From positions 8,039 through 72,038 of the forward strand of contig JAQUVQ010000006.1 of NCBI GenBank assembly GCA_028693285.1: DNA of 64,000 bases, written 5' to 3'. The first letter of the stretch is position 1. Each line of letters opens with the position of its first letter. The stretch is from Smithellaceae bacterium. Its GTDB lineage: Bacteria; Desulfobacterota; Syntrophia; Syntrophales; Smithellaceae. A model generated the notes under the pieces. That model made no database searches. It was not told the origin of the DNA and was given only the letters and a program-made list of their open reading frames with translations. Of the stretch, positions 1 to 10,443 are shown piece after piece. The position numbers were made by a program, and so were the translations under genes.

Positions 1-437
1 TCATCGACGCCGCCGTGGAAATCACGGGCGCCCATGCCTATCAGCCGCTGCTGGGAGAGCGCGTCCTCATGGGAGGCTTCGACAAGATTTATGACACCGT
101 GGGTCATGCCGACACCCTGAATTTGGCGCTGCGCGTCCTGACGACAAACGGCACGCTTTCCGTCATCGGCATCGGCAAGGAAGTCAAACTGGACCTGACC
201 ACATTGTGGCTCAAGCTTCAGACCGTCAAAGGTTGCTATGGCTACCGGTACAATCATACGGCGAATGGCGGAAAGCATACGTATCAAATGGCGCTGGAAT
301 TAATTTCATCCCGGAAAATACGCGTGGATGATCTGCTGACTCACAAGTTTCCGCTTGAGCGATACCGCGAAATGATAGAGGTCAACTTGAACAAAGAGGC
401 CAACCGCGCCATGAAAACCGCTGTCAGCTTTGAGTAG
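1..437 (+). CDS. Zn-dependent alcohol dehydrogenase / MDR-superfamily oxidoreductase, C-terminal fragment (5' end outside window)
   Basis: Frame of ORF 15..437 stays open to the window edge. The C-terminal sequence (GTLSVIGIG..., LTHKFPLERYREMIE) is typical of MDR alcohol/polyol dehydrogenases. Confidence 0.65.
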   Translation, partial: IDAAVEITGAHAYQPLLGERVLMGGFDKIYDTVGHADTLNLALRVLTTNGTLSVIGIGKEVKLDLTTLWLKLQTVKGCYGYRYNHTANGGKHTYQMALELISSRKIRVDDLLTHKFPLERYREMIEVNLNKEANRAMKTAVSFE

Positions 438-490
438 GGATTTGCCGAGACTGCGGATGGCGCGACAATTACAAAAACTCTGCAATTTGC

Positions 491-530
491 AAAAAGCCGA
501 AAAAGGGTTGTGGCGCTAAACGCCGCAACC
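491..530 (-). terminator. Intrinsic terminator downstream of the amidinotransferase-family gene
   Basis: Hairpin GGTTGTGGCG-ctaaa-CGCCGCAACC (506-530). On the minus strand it is followed by a T-rich run (plus-strand AAAAAGCCGAAAAAG, 491-505). It lies about 50 nt after the stop at 579. Confidence 0.5.
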
Positions 531-578
531 GGTCGATTTCACCGGCGGCGGAGGACGGAATCGATGCGTTGCTTCCGT

Positions 579-1709
579 TCACCCGCCGTTTGCTTTCTTC
601 ATTCTGACCTTTCGCTTCAGCGGCTGGGTCGCGCAGCGCAGCGATCCCCCCTGCCCATTGTGCGTTCCGAAAAACACGCGGTGGACTCTGATGCCCCGCT
701 TTTCGAGCTCGGCCTGGATGGCGCGGTTGTCATTGTGCCGGTTATACGACAAAATGTAGTTTTCGGAATTGACGGGAACGCCGTTTACGGCCAGCCGCTG
801 AACATCTTTGAGACTCACTCTGATCAGGTCCCAGCCCTTGAGCTCCTTGGGCAGGCCGTCGACAAAGGCTTCTTCGCAGATGATGGCGAGCCCCTCGCGC
901 GGTACGGAAAGCACGCAATCCAGATGCAGCACGCTTTCTACAAGCCGAACGCGTTTCACCTGATATTGATCGCCCAAAATATTTTTCAGCCACCGGCAAC
1001 CTGCCTCATTGGATCCCACGCTGGGATTTTGCGTATTGCCGACTAAAACGGTCTTGCCCAGAACGATGACGTCGCCGCCCTCGAGAAACGGCGTGTCCGG
1101 GCGGGCGGGTTTAAGCAGCTCCGTGTGCGGCATGGAAAACCATTTGACCGCCGGGTCGGAACATTTTTCGGACAGAATATTCCGGAATCCGGATATGTCC
1201 GCCTTGCGAATCGGCGTGCGCAAATTGAATTCGATGACGTTTGTGCCGATGACGGCCATGTTGTCGCGGGGGAAGTCCTGGCTGAAACCGTTTAAAAGAA
1301 CATCCGCGCCGTAATGTTCCTTGATAAAATCGACGGTGATCTCCGTCGGACGGTAAACCTTGACGCCCAGAGACTTCAATATCCCGATAAAGGCCTGATT
1401 TTCCTCCTCCAGCATTCGCGTCTCGCTTTTCCCCGTTTCAGGATTGATCATCTCCGTCCAGAGCATCCCCGCCGTCTTCCGGGCGTAATCCGCTTCATCT
1501 GGCGGCAGTACTTTCAGCGCGTCGGCAAACCATTTTGCCTCCAAAGACGGCGACATGCCGTACGGCAGGCCGACAATCACCTCTTTCAGATCGCCGTATT
1601 CGTAATCCACGTAAACAGAAGGTTCCGCCGCAATCGCCGATTGGACAGAAACCGGGAAACATCCAAGCGCGAGAACCGCGCATAAAAACATGATCACATT
1701 TTTCATCAC
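579..1709 (-). CDS. Amidinotransferase-family (guanidino-group-modifying enzyme fold) protein with N-terminal signal peptide
   Basis: 376-aa ORF. The N-terminus MMKNVIMFLCAVLALGCFPVSVQSAIA is a hydrophobic signal sequence. The body resembles glycine/inosamine amidinotransferases, with ...LHLDC... and a C-terminal GGSLRCATQPL (catalytic-Cys-type motif). Confidence 0.7.
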   Translation of the reverse strand: MMKNVIMFLCAVLALGCFPVSVQSAIAAEPSVYVDYEYGDLKEVIVGLPYGMSPSLEAKWFADALKVLPPDEADYARKTAGMLWTEMINPETGKSETRMLEEENQAFIGILKSLGVKVYRPTEITVDFIKEHYGADVLLNGFSQDFPRDNMAVIGTNVIEFNLRTPIRKADISGFRNILSEKCSDPAVKWFSMPHTELLKPARPDTPFLEGGDVIVLGKTVLVGNTQNPSVGSNEAGCRWLKNILGDQYQVKRVRLVESVLHLDCVLSVPREGLAIICEEAFVDGLPKELKGWDLIRVSLKDVQRLAVNGVPVNSENYILSYNRHNDNRAIQAELEKRGIRVHRVFFGTHNGQGGSLRCATQPLKRKVRMKKANGG

Positions 1710-2127
1710 ATCTCTCCGTCTTAGGAGAAAAAGAGCGTCCTTCCTCGGTTATCGTCCGGCAAGTCGGGAACTCCCCTCCCGCCCAATTATTTTACCTCTC
1801 CGGCCTGAATGCATAACTCTCGCTTCGCATTTTTGCAAATGACCTCTGCGCTTTTCCTGACCGAAAGAAAATTTTTCCAAAAGGGTTCGGCGAAAAAGAA
1901 AAGCTGGACGGTTAAATTCTTTTCAGGGCCGCTTCCTGCAAATAATACGATAAAGTTTATCAATAAACCGTAATTATTCAAAGACTCTACATTTATTAGC
2001 CATGGTGGCGTAAAAAGGATTTAACAATTGCAGCTAACAATAACCTTTCCCGATGAGGCGCTGCTTTTTTCTCTGGGTGGCCCGCTGCTGGAAAGTCCTA
2101 AGACAGGAGAGATCAAGGCATTAGATA

Positions 2128-2214
2128 TGGTGCCGGAGCCCGGAATCGAACCGGGATGCCCTTGCGGGCGGAGGATTTTGAGTCCTCTGCGTCTACCAGT
2201 TTCACCACTCCGGC
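2128..2214 (-). tRNA. tRNA-Leu (anticodon CAA), encoded CCA
   Basis: The reverse complement folds as a cloverleaf. Acceptor GCCGGAG/CTCCGGC, anticodon stem GAGGA/TCCTC with loop CT-CAA-AA, long variable arm, T-arm GGTTCGATTCC, 3' ACCA. Confidence 0.9.
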
Positions 2215-2223
2215 ACGGGCGCG

Positions 2224-2251
2224 ATTATATAGACGGAAGGCCAAATGTCAA
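2224..2251 (-). promoter_or_regulatory. Sigma70-type promoter for tRNA-Leu
   Basis: Minus strand reads TTGACA (2251-2246), a 16-nt spacer, then TATAAT (2229-2224). Both hexamers match consensus, and the -10 ends about 9 nt upstream of the tRNA 5' end. Confidence 0.55.
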
Positions 2252-2263
2252 GCTGAAAAACTG

Positions 2264-2292
2264 TTGACAGCCCGGAAGGCTCATGTTAAGGG
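2264..2292 (+). promoter_or_regulatory. Candidate promoter for tRNA-Ala (weak -10)
   Basis: Consensus TTGACA at 2264-2269, but only a poor -10 (TAAGGG / TTAAGG) 16-17 nt downstream. The tRNA starts at 2319. Confidence 0.3.
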
Positions 2293-2318
2293 GCAGGCGA
2301 ATTCCTAGGGAATCTATT

Positions 2319-2394
<76 letters not shown>

Positions 2395-2399
2395 AACAT

Positions 2400-2433
2400 A
2401 AAAAAGGGAAGAACCGCGGTTCTTCCCTTTTTT
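2400..2433. terminator. Bidirectional intrinsic terminator (tRNA-Ala on +, ppiD-like gene on -)
   Basis: A-run, then perfect hairpin GGGAAGAACC-GCGG-TTCTTCCC (2406-2427), then T-run 2428-2433. Confidence 0.75.
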
Positions 2434-2520
2434 CATCTTTGCCACCCATGTTTTTCTTTCGTCCGGTCGGAAAGAAAATTTCATGGGCGCGGCCGCTTCG
2501 GCGCCATAGAGGCGCATCGA

Positions 2521-4119
2521 TTATAAATCCTTCAGCTCTTTTTGAATTTTCAATCGCTTTTCTTTCATCAGCGCCTCTTTGTTTCCCTCCAGCCATGTTT
2601 TCATCGCTTCTTCCCGCTTCAGGTTCATGGCGACTTTCCTGTAGATTTCCTTTTTGGCTTCGAAATCGTTCATGTCCAGCGCACTTACGTCTTTGAGCCT
2701 GAAAATGACATGGGAATGATCGATGACCATGGGCTTTTCCGGGTAGGGGCGGCTCGGGGACAGGGACATCAGCACATTCACGGCGTCGGGATTCGCGCCC
2801 AGTTTGGGAATGACGCCGCCGGGCTGGAAGAATCCGGTTTCCTGGATTCTCAGCCCCTTTTCCCCCGCCAGTTTCTCCATGCTTTCCCCTTTGCGCAGTT
2901 TTGCAAGCAGGCTTTCGGCCTCCTGGGCGGCCATTCTGTCCTGCTCGCTTTTCAGGTAGGCTTGCCGGACTTCCGGTTCAATGGCTTTGAGCGGCGGCGT
3001 ATAGGCGGCTTTTTTGTCATCCAGACGGATCACGAAATAGCCGTTGGCGTCGCTCATGACTTTGCTGATGTCCTTTCGCTCCAGGGCGGCCAGCTCCTGG
3101 GCCAGATCCTTGACGGAAGCGAGCGCCTGCGGCGGCTTGTTGAGCGGGAAAAAATCAACCGTCTGGGTTTTCAGTTGGTGTTTTGCCGCGTAGTCTTCGA
3201 AATTTTGCTCCTGGTAAATGGTGTCGTGCGCCTTTTTGGCTTCCAGGTAGGCATCCTGCAGTCCGCGGCTCTGCTTCATCTCCCGGGCAATGATCGGGGC
3301 GGCCTGCTCCGGCGACAGTGGCTTTCCGTCTTTGCCCTTGTAGCTGTCCTTGTGGCGGTTGTAGTGGTCCCGAATGTCGGAGGCGGTGATTTGGGCCGGC
3401 GCGAAGGCCTCGCCCGCAAAGTGCAGGTATTGAATTTTGACCTGTTCGGCAACGCGAAACGCGCCGCTGTTTTTCTTGAGGTGCTCTTCCAGATCCGGGG
3501 TCGCGGGATTGATTTTTCCCGCGACGTCGGCGCCGGCGACGGCGATGAAGCCGAGATTGATCTTCTGGTTCTGCAGGGTGTAGAGATCCAGCACCTCCCG
3601 GTCGGAGACCTTGATGCCTTCGCGGATAATGGCTTCTATTTTTCCGGCCGCCAGGGTGATTTTCTGTCCGGCCTCAAAATCTTCGGCGGTCATCCGGTTG
3701 AAGCGCAAAAGCTGCTGGTATTTGTAGTTGTCGAACCGGCCGTCCGTCTGCAGGGCGGGCATGGCCATGATCATCTGCCGAAGCTCGTCTTCGGAGACCT
3801 GCATTTTCATGTCTTTGGCCCTGGCGATGATGATCTGGCGGTTGATCAGATTGTCATAGGCGATTTTTTTCAGGTCCATCTGCTTGAGCATGTCCGCCGT
3901 CAGCGCCGCGCCGTACTGCGCTCTGATCATATCCGTCAGTTTGGAGTATTCATTGTAATATTCGGATTCGGTGACCACATAGCCGTCAACGACGGCCAGA
4001 GCGTTGGCGGTCTGCATGCTTCGATCCGTTCCGAAATACAGGACGAAAACAAAAATGATGATGCCCATGAAGACCAGCATGAACCAGCCTCGCGCGTGTT
4101 TGCGGAAAAATTTCAGCAT
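2521..4119 (-). CDS. ppiD: PpiD-like periplasmic chaperone / SurA-N-domain peptidyl-prolyl isomerase family protein
   Basis: I use the start MLKFFRKHARGWFMLVFMGIIIFVFVLYFG (N-terminal TM anchor), preceded by AAGGAG. The rest is a long, Lys/Glu-rich, chaperone-like body. The track ORF (to 4254) has an implausible N-terminal extension. Confidence 0.7.
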   Translation of the reverse strand: MLKFFRKHARGWFMLVFMGIIIFVFVLYFGTDRSMQTANALAVVDGYVVTESEYYNEYSKLTDMIRAQYGAALTADMLKQMDLKKIAYDNLINRQIIIARAKDMKMQVSEDELRQMIMAMPALQTDGRFDNYKYQQLLRFNRMTAEDFEAGQKITLAAGKIEAIIREGIKVSDREVLDLYTLQNQKINLGFIAVAGADVAGKINPATPDLEEHLKKNSGAFRVAEQVKIQYLHFAGEAFAPAQITASDIRDHYNRHKDSYKGKDGKPLSPEQAAPIIAREMKQSRGLQDAYLEAKKAHDTIYQEQNFEDYAAKHQLKTQTVDFFPLNKPPQALASVKDLAQELAALERKDISKVMSDANGYFVIRLDDKKAAYTPPLKAIEPEVRQAYLKSEQDRMAAQEAESLLAKLRKGESMEKLAGEKGLRIQETGFFQPGGVIPKLGANPDAVNVLMSLSPSRPYPEKPMVIDHSHVIFRLKDVSALDMNDFEAKKEIYRKVAMNLKREEAMKTWLEGNKEALMKEKRLKIQKELKDL

Positions 4120-4226
4120 AGCGTCTCCTTGAATGCGGTGATTGAGCTCATAACCGGGGTTATTCGCGCCGTTAGTATTACAGGAAGGGGCAAATTGCAA
4201 ATACATTTTAAAAAGGCGTTGCTTAG

Positions 4227-5336
<1,110 letters not shown>

Positions 5337-5386
5337 CGCCGCCTGGCCGCCCGGTCTTCCAAGGCGGCGGATAGTTTGGGTAGATC

Positions 5387-6232
5387 ATGTTTTTTAAAAA
5401 TTATCGAGCCGTCCTCTTTGTCGGAGCGGTGATTCTCGCCGCGCTTTTCCTTTTTTCGTACGGCCTGAAATACGATGCCGGCCAGAGCCTGGTGCAGAGG
5501 CTTGCGCTGGGGGCGGCGGCGCCGGTTCAAAAACTGTTCACGCTGTGCGTCGAAAGCGTCGGAAACGCCTGGACGCGCTACATCCGCCTGGTGGGTCTGG
5601 AAGAAGAAAACCGGAAACTGAAGACGGAAATAGGCGAGCTCGAGGCGCGGATGACGCTCTACCGGCAGGGACATCTGGAGGCCCAGCGGCTGCAGGCGCT
5701 TCTGTCGCTCGCGGAGCGGGAGCCCTACCGCTTTATCGCGGCCCGCGTGATCGGCAGGGAGCAGGCAGCTCTGGCCAAGACCCTCTGGATCGACAAGGGA
5801 GAAGCGCAGGGGCTGAAGCCGGGCATGCCGGTGATGGCGCTTCCCGGACTCATCGGGCGGCTGACGAATGTTTCCCTGCACAGCGCCAGGGTTCAGCTTC
5901 TGATTGACGAGGGCTCCAGCGCGGATGTGCTCGTCGAAAGGACGCGTCAGCAGGGAATGCTTCGCGGAGCGGGATCGCGCGGGTGCGTCATCCGGTACAT
6001 CTCCAAGATTCAGGACGTTCGGGAAGGGGATGTGATTCTGACGTCCGGCCTGAGCAACATTTTTCCCAAGGGGCTGCTGGTCGGAAAGGTGGTCCATACG
6101 GACCGGGCGGACGCCGGAATGTTTCTGAATATCCGGGTGGCTCCTTTTGCCGATTTTACCTCGCTGGAGGAGGTGCTGGTTCTGGCGGGGGAGAAAAAGG
6201 ATCCGTTCCGGGAAAGGAAGGCCGCAAAATGA
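5387..6232 (+). CDS. mreC: Rod-shape-determining protein MreC
   Basis: N-terminal TM, coiled-coil (ENRKLKTEIGELEARM), then beta-rich domains. Positioned immediately after mreB. Confidence 0.85.
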   Translation: MFFKNYRAVLFVGAVILAALFLFSYGLKYDAGQSLVQRLALGAAAPVQKLFTLCVESVGNAWTRYIRLVGLEEENRKLKTEIGELEARMTLYRQGHLEAQRLQALLSLAEREPYRFIAARVIGREQAALAKTLWIDKGEAQGLKPGMPVMALPGLIGRLTNVSLHSARVQLLIDEGSSADVLVERTRQQGMLRGAGSRGCVIRYISKIQDVREGDVILTSGLSNIFPKGLLVGKVVHTDRADAGMFLNIRVAPFADFTSLEEVLVLAGEKKDPFRERKAAK

Positions 6233-6717
6233 TGTATTACATTCTGCTGCCTTTCATGGCCGTCGTGCTGGTGGTTCTGCAGTCCAAGCTGGCCGAAATT
6301 CTTTTTTCCGGCCTCGTCACGCTGGAGTTGTCGCTGATCGTGGTGATCTACGCCGGCTTTCGCCTGGAGCTGTGGAAGGGAGCGGCCCTTTCCCTTGTCG
6401 TGGGGCTGGCGATGGATTGCCTGTCCGGGTCCCTTCTCGGGCTGTTCACGCTGCTGTATGTCTTCATTTTCCTGCTCGCCTGGTTTGTTTCCTCGCAGAT
6501 TGATTCGCAAAGGCTTTACCTGATCGCCGGCTTCAGCCTGGTCTGTTCGGCGGCGGAATCGCTGGCGCTGGTTCTGCTCTACCAGTGGGTGTTTGGCTTC
6601 GACATGGTCGATAAAATCCTCCCCGTCCTGGCGCCGCAGACCCTGCTGGTCAGCGTTCTGTCGGTGTGCTTCTTTTACGCGATGCGCAGGGTGGAAAGAT
6701 TGTTGGCGTATGGATAA
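6229..6717 (+). CDS. mreD: Rod-shape-determining protein MreD
   Basis: ATGA start/stop overlap with mreC. 162-aa polytopic membrane protein (MMYYILLPFMAVVLVVL...). Assigned by position between mreC and mrdA. Confidence 0.75.
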   Translation: MMYYILLPFMAVVLVVLQSKLAEILFSGLVTLELSLIVVIYAGFRLELWKGAALSLVVGLAMDCLSGSLLGLFTLLYVFIFLLAWFVSSQIDSQRLYLIAGFSLVCSAAESLALVLLYQWVFGFDMVDKILPVLAPQTLLVSVLSVCFFYAMRRVERLLAYG

Positions 6718-8614
6718 ACCGGGCAGACTTCAAAACGGGCCGGAGCCGGTGGACTTTCGGCGCAAGCTTGCCGTGGTGATGATCCTGGTTTGCGCGGCCC
6801 TGTCCGTCCTGATGATCCGCCTGTGGTATCTGCAGATCGTCAAGGGGGACGAGCTCAAGCAGCGCTCGGAAAACAACGCCGTCCGCTTTCGCAGGATACA
6901 GCCCCTGCGCGGCCTGATCATGGACCGCAACGGTTTTGTGATCGTGGACAACCGCCCCTCCTTTGACGTGCTGTACCTGCCCGCACGGGGGGTCGATCAC
7001 GAGGCGCTCCTCGCGAAGCTTCAGGACCTCTACGCCGTCAAATCCCTTGAATTTCCCGAGGGCCAGACTCTTCCCAGAACGCTGAAGTCCTATCTTCCCG
7101 TCCGGCTGGAGAAAAACGTCGGCATGGAAAAAGTGGCCCTGGTGGAAACCAACAGCCTGGATCTGCCGGGGGTCTATGTGGATGTCACGCCCGTCCGGCT
7201 TTACCTGGACGGGGAGGTCATCGCGCCGATCATCGGCTACACGGGGGAAGTCAGCAGGGAGGAGCTGGAAAAGCCGGACGGGGATTACGCCTCGGGCGAC
7301 ATCACGGGGAAATCGGGCATTGAAAAAGCGCTGGATTCCTATGTGCGCGGGCGCCGGGGCAATGAACTGGTCGAAGTGAACGTGACCGGCAAGGTCATCA
7401 AGAATTTGGGGCGGATCGATCCGGTTCCCGGCTCCAACGTGGTGCTGACGATTGACGCCGCCCTTCAGAAGTCGGCTTGGGAGGCCTTTGAGGGAAGACC
7501 GGGCGCGGCGGTCGCGATGGATCCGCAAACCGGCGCCATTCTGGCGATGGTCAGCTCGCCGTCTTTCGACCCGAATTTATTCAACAGCGGCATTGCCCGT
7601 GAAGAGTGGGAAAAGCTGCAGAAGGATCCGCTGAAACCCATGTCCAACCGGGCGATTGCCGGGCAATATCCGCCCGGCTCGACCTACAAGCTGATCGTGG
7701 CGGCGGCGGCGCTGGAAGAGGGGGTGATCACCCCCGAAACCCGGATCCACTGCAACGGATCTTTTGTTCTGGGCAACCGGACCTATCGCTGCTGGAGAAA
7801 AAACGGGCACGGGCCGGTCAATCTGCACCGGGCGCTGGTGGAGTCTTGCGACGTCTATTTTTACACCGTCGGGAAAAAGCTGGGCGTGGATCGCATCGCG
7901 GACTACGCGAAACGGTTCGGCCTGGGCGACGCGACCGGCGTTGAGCTGGCCCATGAGCGAAAGGGTCTGGTTCCCACGAAGAGCTGGAAGCTGGCCCGGG
8001 TGAAAGAGCCGTGGCAGATGGGCGAAACCATATCGATTTCCATCGGACAGGGATTCAATCTGACCACTCCGCTGCAGCTTGCGCAGGCTTACGCCGCGCT
8101 GGCCAACGGCGGCACGCTGTGGCGCCCTCACTTGGTGCAGCGGATTGAAGCGCCCCAGGGCGGCGTGGTCCGGGAATATCCGCCTGAAAAAAAGGGAGAG
8201 CTCGGCCTCGACGGAAAAATCGCGGCGCTCCTGAGGCAGGCGCTGTGGGGCGTCGTGAATGAAAACGGGGGCACCGGCTACGCGGCGCGCATCGCCGGCG
8301 CGGACGTCTGCGGCAAAACGGGGACTTCGCAGGTGGTCGGTCTGCCGCAGGATGAACAGGCGCGCCGCCGGAAAAAAATCGCGGCGTTTCATAAGGACCA
8401 TGCGCTGTTTGTCTGCTACGCGCCGGCCAGGCGTCCGGAAATCGTAGTATCCGTCGTTGCCGAGCACGCCGGCGGCGGCGGCGCGGTGGCCGCGCCGATC
8501 GCCCGCAGGATTTTAAAGGCGTATTTCGACGGCAAGAAAAATGAGCGGCCCCGGCAGGCGGCTGCAGGTTCGCAAACGCCGCCGCCTTCCGGAAACGGAA
8601 AGCCGCAAGGGTAA
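6710..8614 (+). CDS. mrdA: Penicillin-binding protein 2 (elongasome transpeptidase)
   Basis: Start MDKPGRL overlaps the mreD end. TM anchor, then SxxK (GSTYK) and KTGT (CGKTGTSQV) motifs. The upstream part of track ORF 6593.. is the mreD frame region. Confidence 0.9.
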   Translation: MDKPGRLQNGPEPVDFRRKLAVVMILVCAALSVLMIRLWYLQIVKGDELKQRSENNAVRFRRIQPLRGLIMDRNGFVIVDNRPSFDVLYLPARGVDHEALLAKLQDLYAVKSLEFPEGQTLPRTLKSYLPVRLEKNVGMEKVALVETNSLDLPGVYVDVTPVRLYLDGEVIAPIIGYTGEVSREELEKPDGDYASGDITGKSGIEKALDSYVRGRRGNELVEVNVTGKVIKNLGRIDPVPGSNVVLTIDAALQKSAWEAFEGRPGAAVAMDPQTGAILAMVSSPSFDPNLFNSGIAREEWEKLQKDPLKPMSNRAIAGQYPPGSTYKLIVAAAALEEGVITPETRIHCNGSFVLGNRTYRCWRKNGHGPVNLHRALVESCDVYFYTVGKKLGVDRIADYAKRFGLGDATGVELAHERKGLVPTKSWKLARVKEPWQMGETISISIGQGFNLTTPLQLAQAYAALANGGTLWRPHLVQRIEAPQGGVVREYPPEKKGELGLDGKIAALLRQALWGVVNENGGTGYAARIAGADVCGKTGTSQVVGLPQDEQARRRKKIAAFHKDHALFVCYAPARRPEIVVSVVAEHAGGGGAVAAPIARRILKAYFDGKKNERPRQAAAGSQTPPPSGNGKPQG

Positions 8615-8629
8615 GCACGGGGAGGCTTT

Positions 8630-9742
8630 ATGTTTTTCAAATACGATCGGCGCATCTTTCAGAATTTCGACAAGACGCTGTTTGCCCTGGTGATGTCGAT
8701 CTGCGCCATCGGCGTCGTCAATATCTATTCCACCGGCTTCAGCCTGGGCGAAAACGCGACACCCCTGTATTTAAAACAGATTCAATGGATTGCCTTCGGC
8801 CTGTTTTTCATGATGGTCGCCTTTTTAATCGATTACCGCTACTTCAACCGCGCGGCGTACGGCCTTTACGCGTTTTCGATGGCGTCGCTTGTCGCGGTCG
8901 CGCTGTTCGGCCACACGGCCAACGGGGCGCAGCGGTGGATCTCGTTCGGCGTTTTTTTATTCCAGCCTTCCGAGCTGATGAAAATCAGCATTATCCTCGC
9001 CCTGGCCCGGTATTTTGACGATCACAAGTCGCATGAGCCTTACCGCCTGAGGGAGCTCTTGGTTCCGTTCGGGATGGTGATGCTTCCCTGCGCTTTGATT
9101 TTGAAACAGCCGGATCTGGGGACGGCGCTGATGATCGTTCTCGTTTCCGCTTCCATCGTTCTGTTCATCGGAATGAACTGGAAATCCATCGTGATCGCCG
9201 TCGCGAGCGTTATGGTCCTGATGCCGCCGGCCTGGCATTTTTTAAAAGATTATCAGAAAAACCGCCTGCTGACGTTTCTGTCTCCCGAAAGCGACCCGCT
9301 GGGCACGGGATACCACATCATTCAGTCCATGATCGCGATCGGCTCCGGGGGGTTTCTGGGCAAGGGCTTTTTGAAGGGCTCCCAGACCCAGCTCAAGTTT
9401 CTGCCCGAACAGCAGACCGACTTCGTCTTCTCCGTGTTTGCCGAGGAGTGGGGATTTCTCGGCGGCCTGGCGCTGATGGTGATTTTTACGTCCCTCATTA
9501 TCTGGGGATTAAAAATTGCCTTGCATTCAAAAGATTTATTGGGCACGATACTGGCGTTCGGCATTACCGCGCTGATCGCCTGGCAGGTGCTGATCAATAT
9601 GGGAATGGTGCTGGGCGTCCTGCCGGTCGTCGGCATTCCGCTGCCGTTCATCAGCTACGGCGGTTCGGCGGTGGTTTCCCTGATGGCGGCGATCGGACTG
9701 CTGATGAATGTGAGCGTGCGCAGATTCATATTGCAGCGCTGA
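8630..9742 (+). CDS. rodA: SEDS-family peptidoglycan polymerase RodA
   Basis: 370-aa polytopic FtsW/RodA/SpoVE-type sequence (PSELMKI, GSGGFLGKGF...QLKFLPEQQTDFVFSVFAEEWGF). GGGGAGG RBS. Confidence 0.9.
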   Translation: MFFKYDRRIFQNFDKTLFALVMSICAIGVVNIYSTGFSLGENATPLYLKQIQWIAFGLFFMMVAFLIDYRYFNRAAYGLYAFSMASLVAVALFGHTANGAQRWISFGVFLFQPSELMKISIILALARYFDDHKSHEPYRLRELLVPFGMVMLPCALILKQPDLGTALMIVLVSASIVLFIGMNWKSIVIAVASVMVLMPPAWHFLKDYQKNRLLTFLSPESDPLGTGYHIIQSMIAIGSGGFLGKGFLKGSQTQLKFLPEQQTDFVFSVFAEEWGFLGGLALMVIFTSLIIWGLKIALHSKDLLGTILAFGITALIAWQVLINMGMVLGVLPVVGIPLPFISYGGSAVVSLMAAIGLLMNVSVRRFILQR

Positions 9743-9775
9743 GGATTTTCGTTTCGGGACCGCAAGGAGCAGGGC

Positions 9776-10153
9776 ATGTGGGAAAAAAAGAAACGTCTGG
9801 ACGACACCAAGGCTTTTTTGGGAAAGGGCGCCGAATTCATCGGGAAGCTGATTTTTACCGGGCACGTGCGCATTGACGGCGATTTCCAGGGGGAGATTTT
9901 CGGACAGGGGGCGGTGGATGTCGGGGAAGGCGCTTCGGTCAAGGCCGATATTGAAGTCGGCAGCATTTTTATCGCCGGCGAAGTCCAGGGCAACATCGCA
10001 GTAAAGGAAAAAATCAACATCCACTCCACGGGCAAACTTGCAGGCGACGTGAAGGCGCCGGTTTTCGTCATGGAGGAGGGGGCGGTTTTTGACGGCCAAT
10101 CGCGCATGAGCGAGGCGAAAGAGCAAAAAAGAATCGCTTTGGCAGGAAAATAA
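9776..10153 (+). CDS. Bactofilin (polymer-forming cytoskeletal protein, DUF583)
   Basis: 125 aa with repetitive beta-helix pattern: FTGHVRIDGDFQGEIFGQGAVDVGEGASVKADIEVGSIFIAGEVQGNIAVKEKINIHSTGKLAGDVKAP. AAGGAG RBS. Confidence 0.85.
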   Translation: MWEKKKRLDDTKAFLGKGAEFIGKLIFTGHVRIDGDFQGEIFGQGAVDVGEGASVKADIEVGSIFIAGEVQGNIAVKEKINIHSTGKLAGDVKAPVFVMEEGAVFDGQSRMSEAKEQKRIALAGK

Positions 10154-10226
10154 TTTACATCAAGCATTCAAAATCATTAGCATAATATTGGTTTTGCCAA
10201 AATTAGACCGCCGGTCATAAAAAAGC

Positions 10227-10255
10227 TTGACAAACCCTATGCGGGTGTGATTAGT
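10227..10255 (+). promoter_or_regulatory. Candidate sigma70 promoter of the atp operon (weak -10)
   Basis: Consensus TTGACA at 10227-10232, a 17-nt spacer, then ATTAGT at 10250-10255. This would give a roughly 190-nt leader before the GTG at 10444. Confidence 0.3.
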
Positions 10256-10443
10256 AACCTCCGTCCTCGCGGTGTGGCTAGGTTCAGCAGAAGCCCGGCT
10301 TGATGCAAGCCTTACGTTGTCTGAAGCAAATCACTCCCAGAGATTACGCTGTTTGAAATGTCGGATCAAATTTAATGCATCTTCCTGCGCAAATCAGCGT
10401 TCGTTGAAGGCCGGGAAGGTCTGGAAAAGAGACGAGGTCAGTT

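Noticed and set aside
2085-2105. GGAAAGTCC word resembling the RNase P RNA conserved P4 motif
   Set aside because: Only about 145 nt of non-coding sequence is available, and no matching GC-rich helices or second conserved region are present. I treat it as a chance match.
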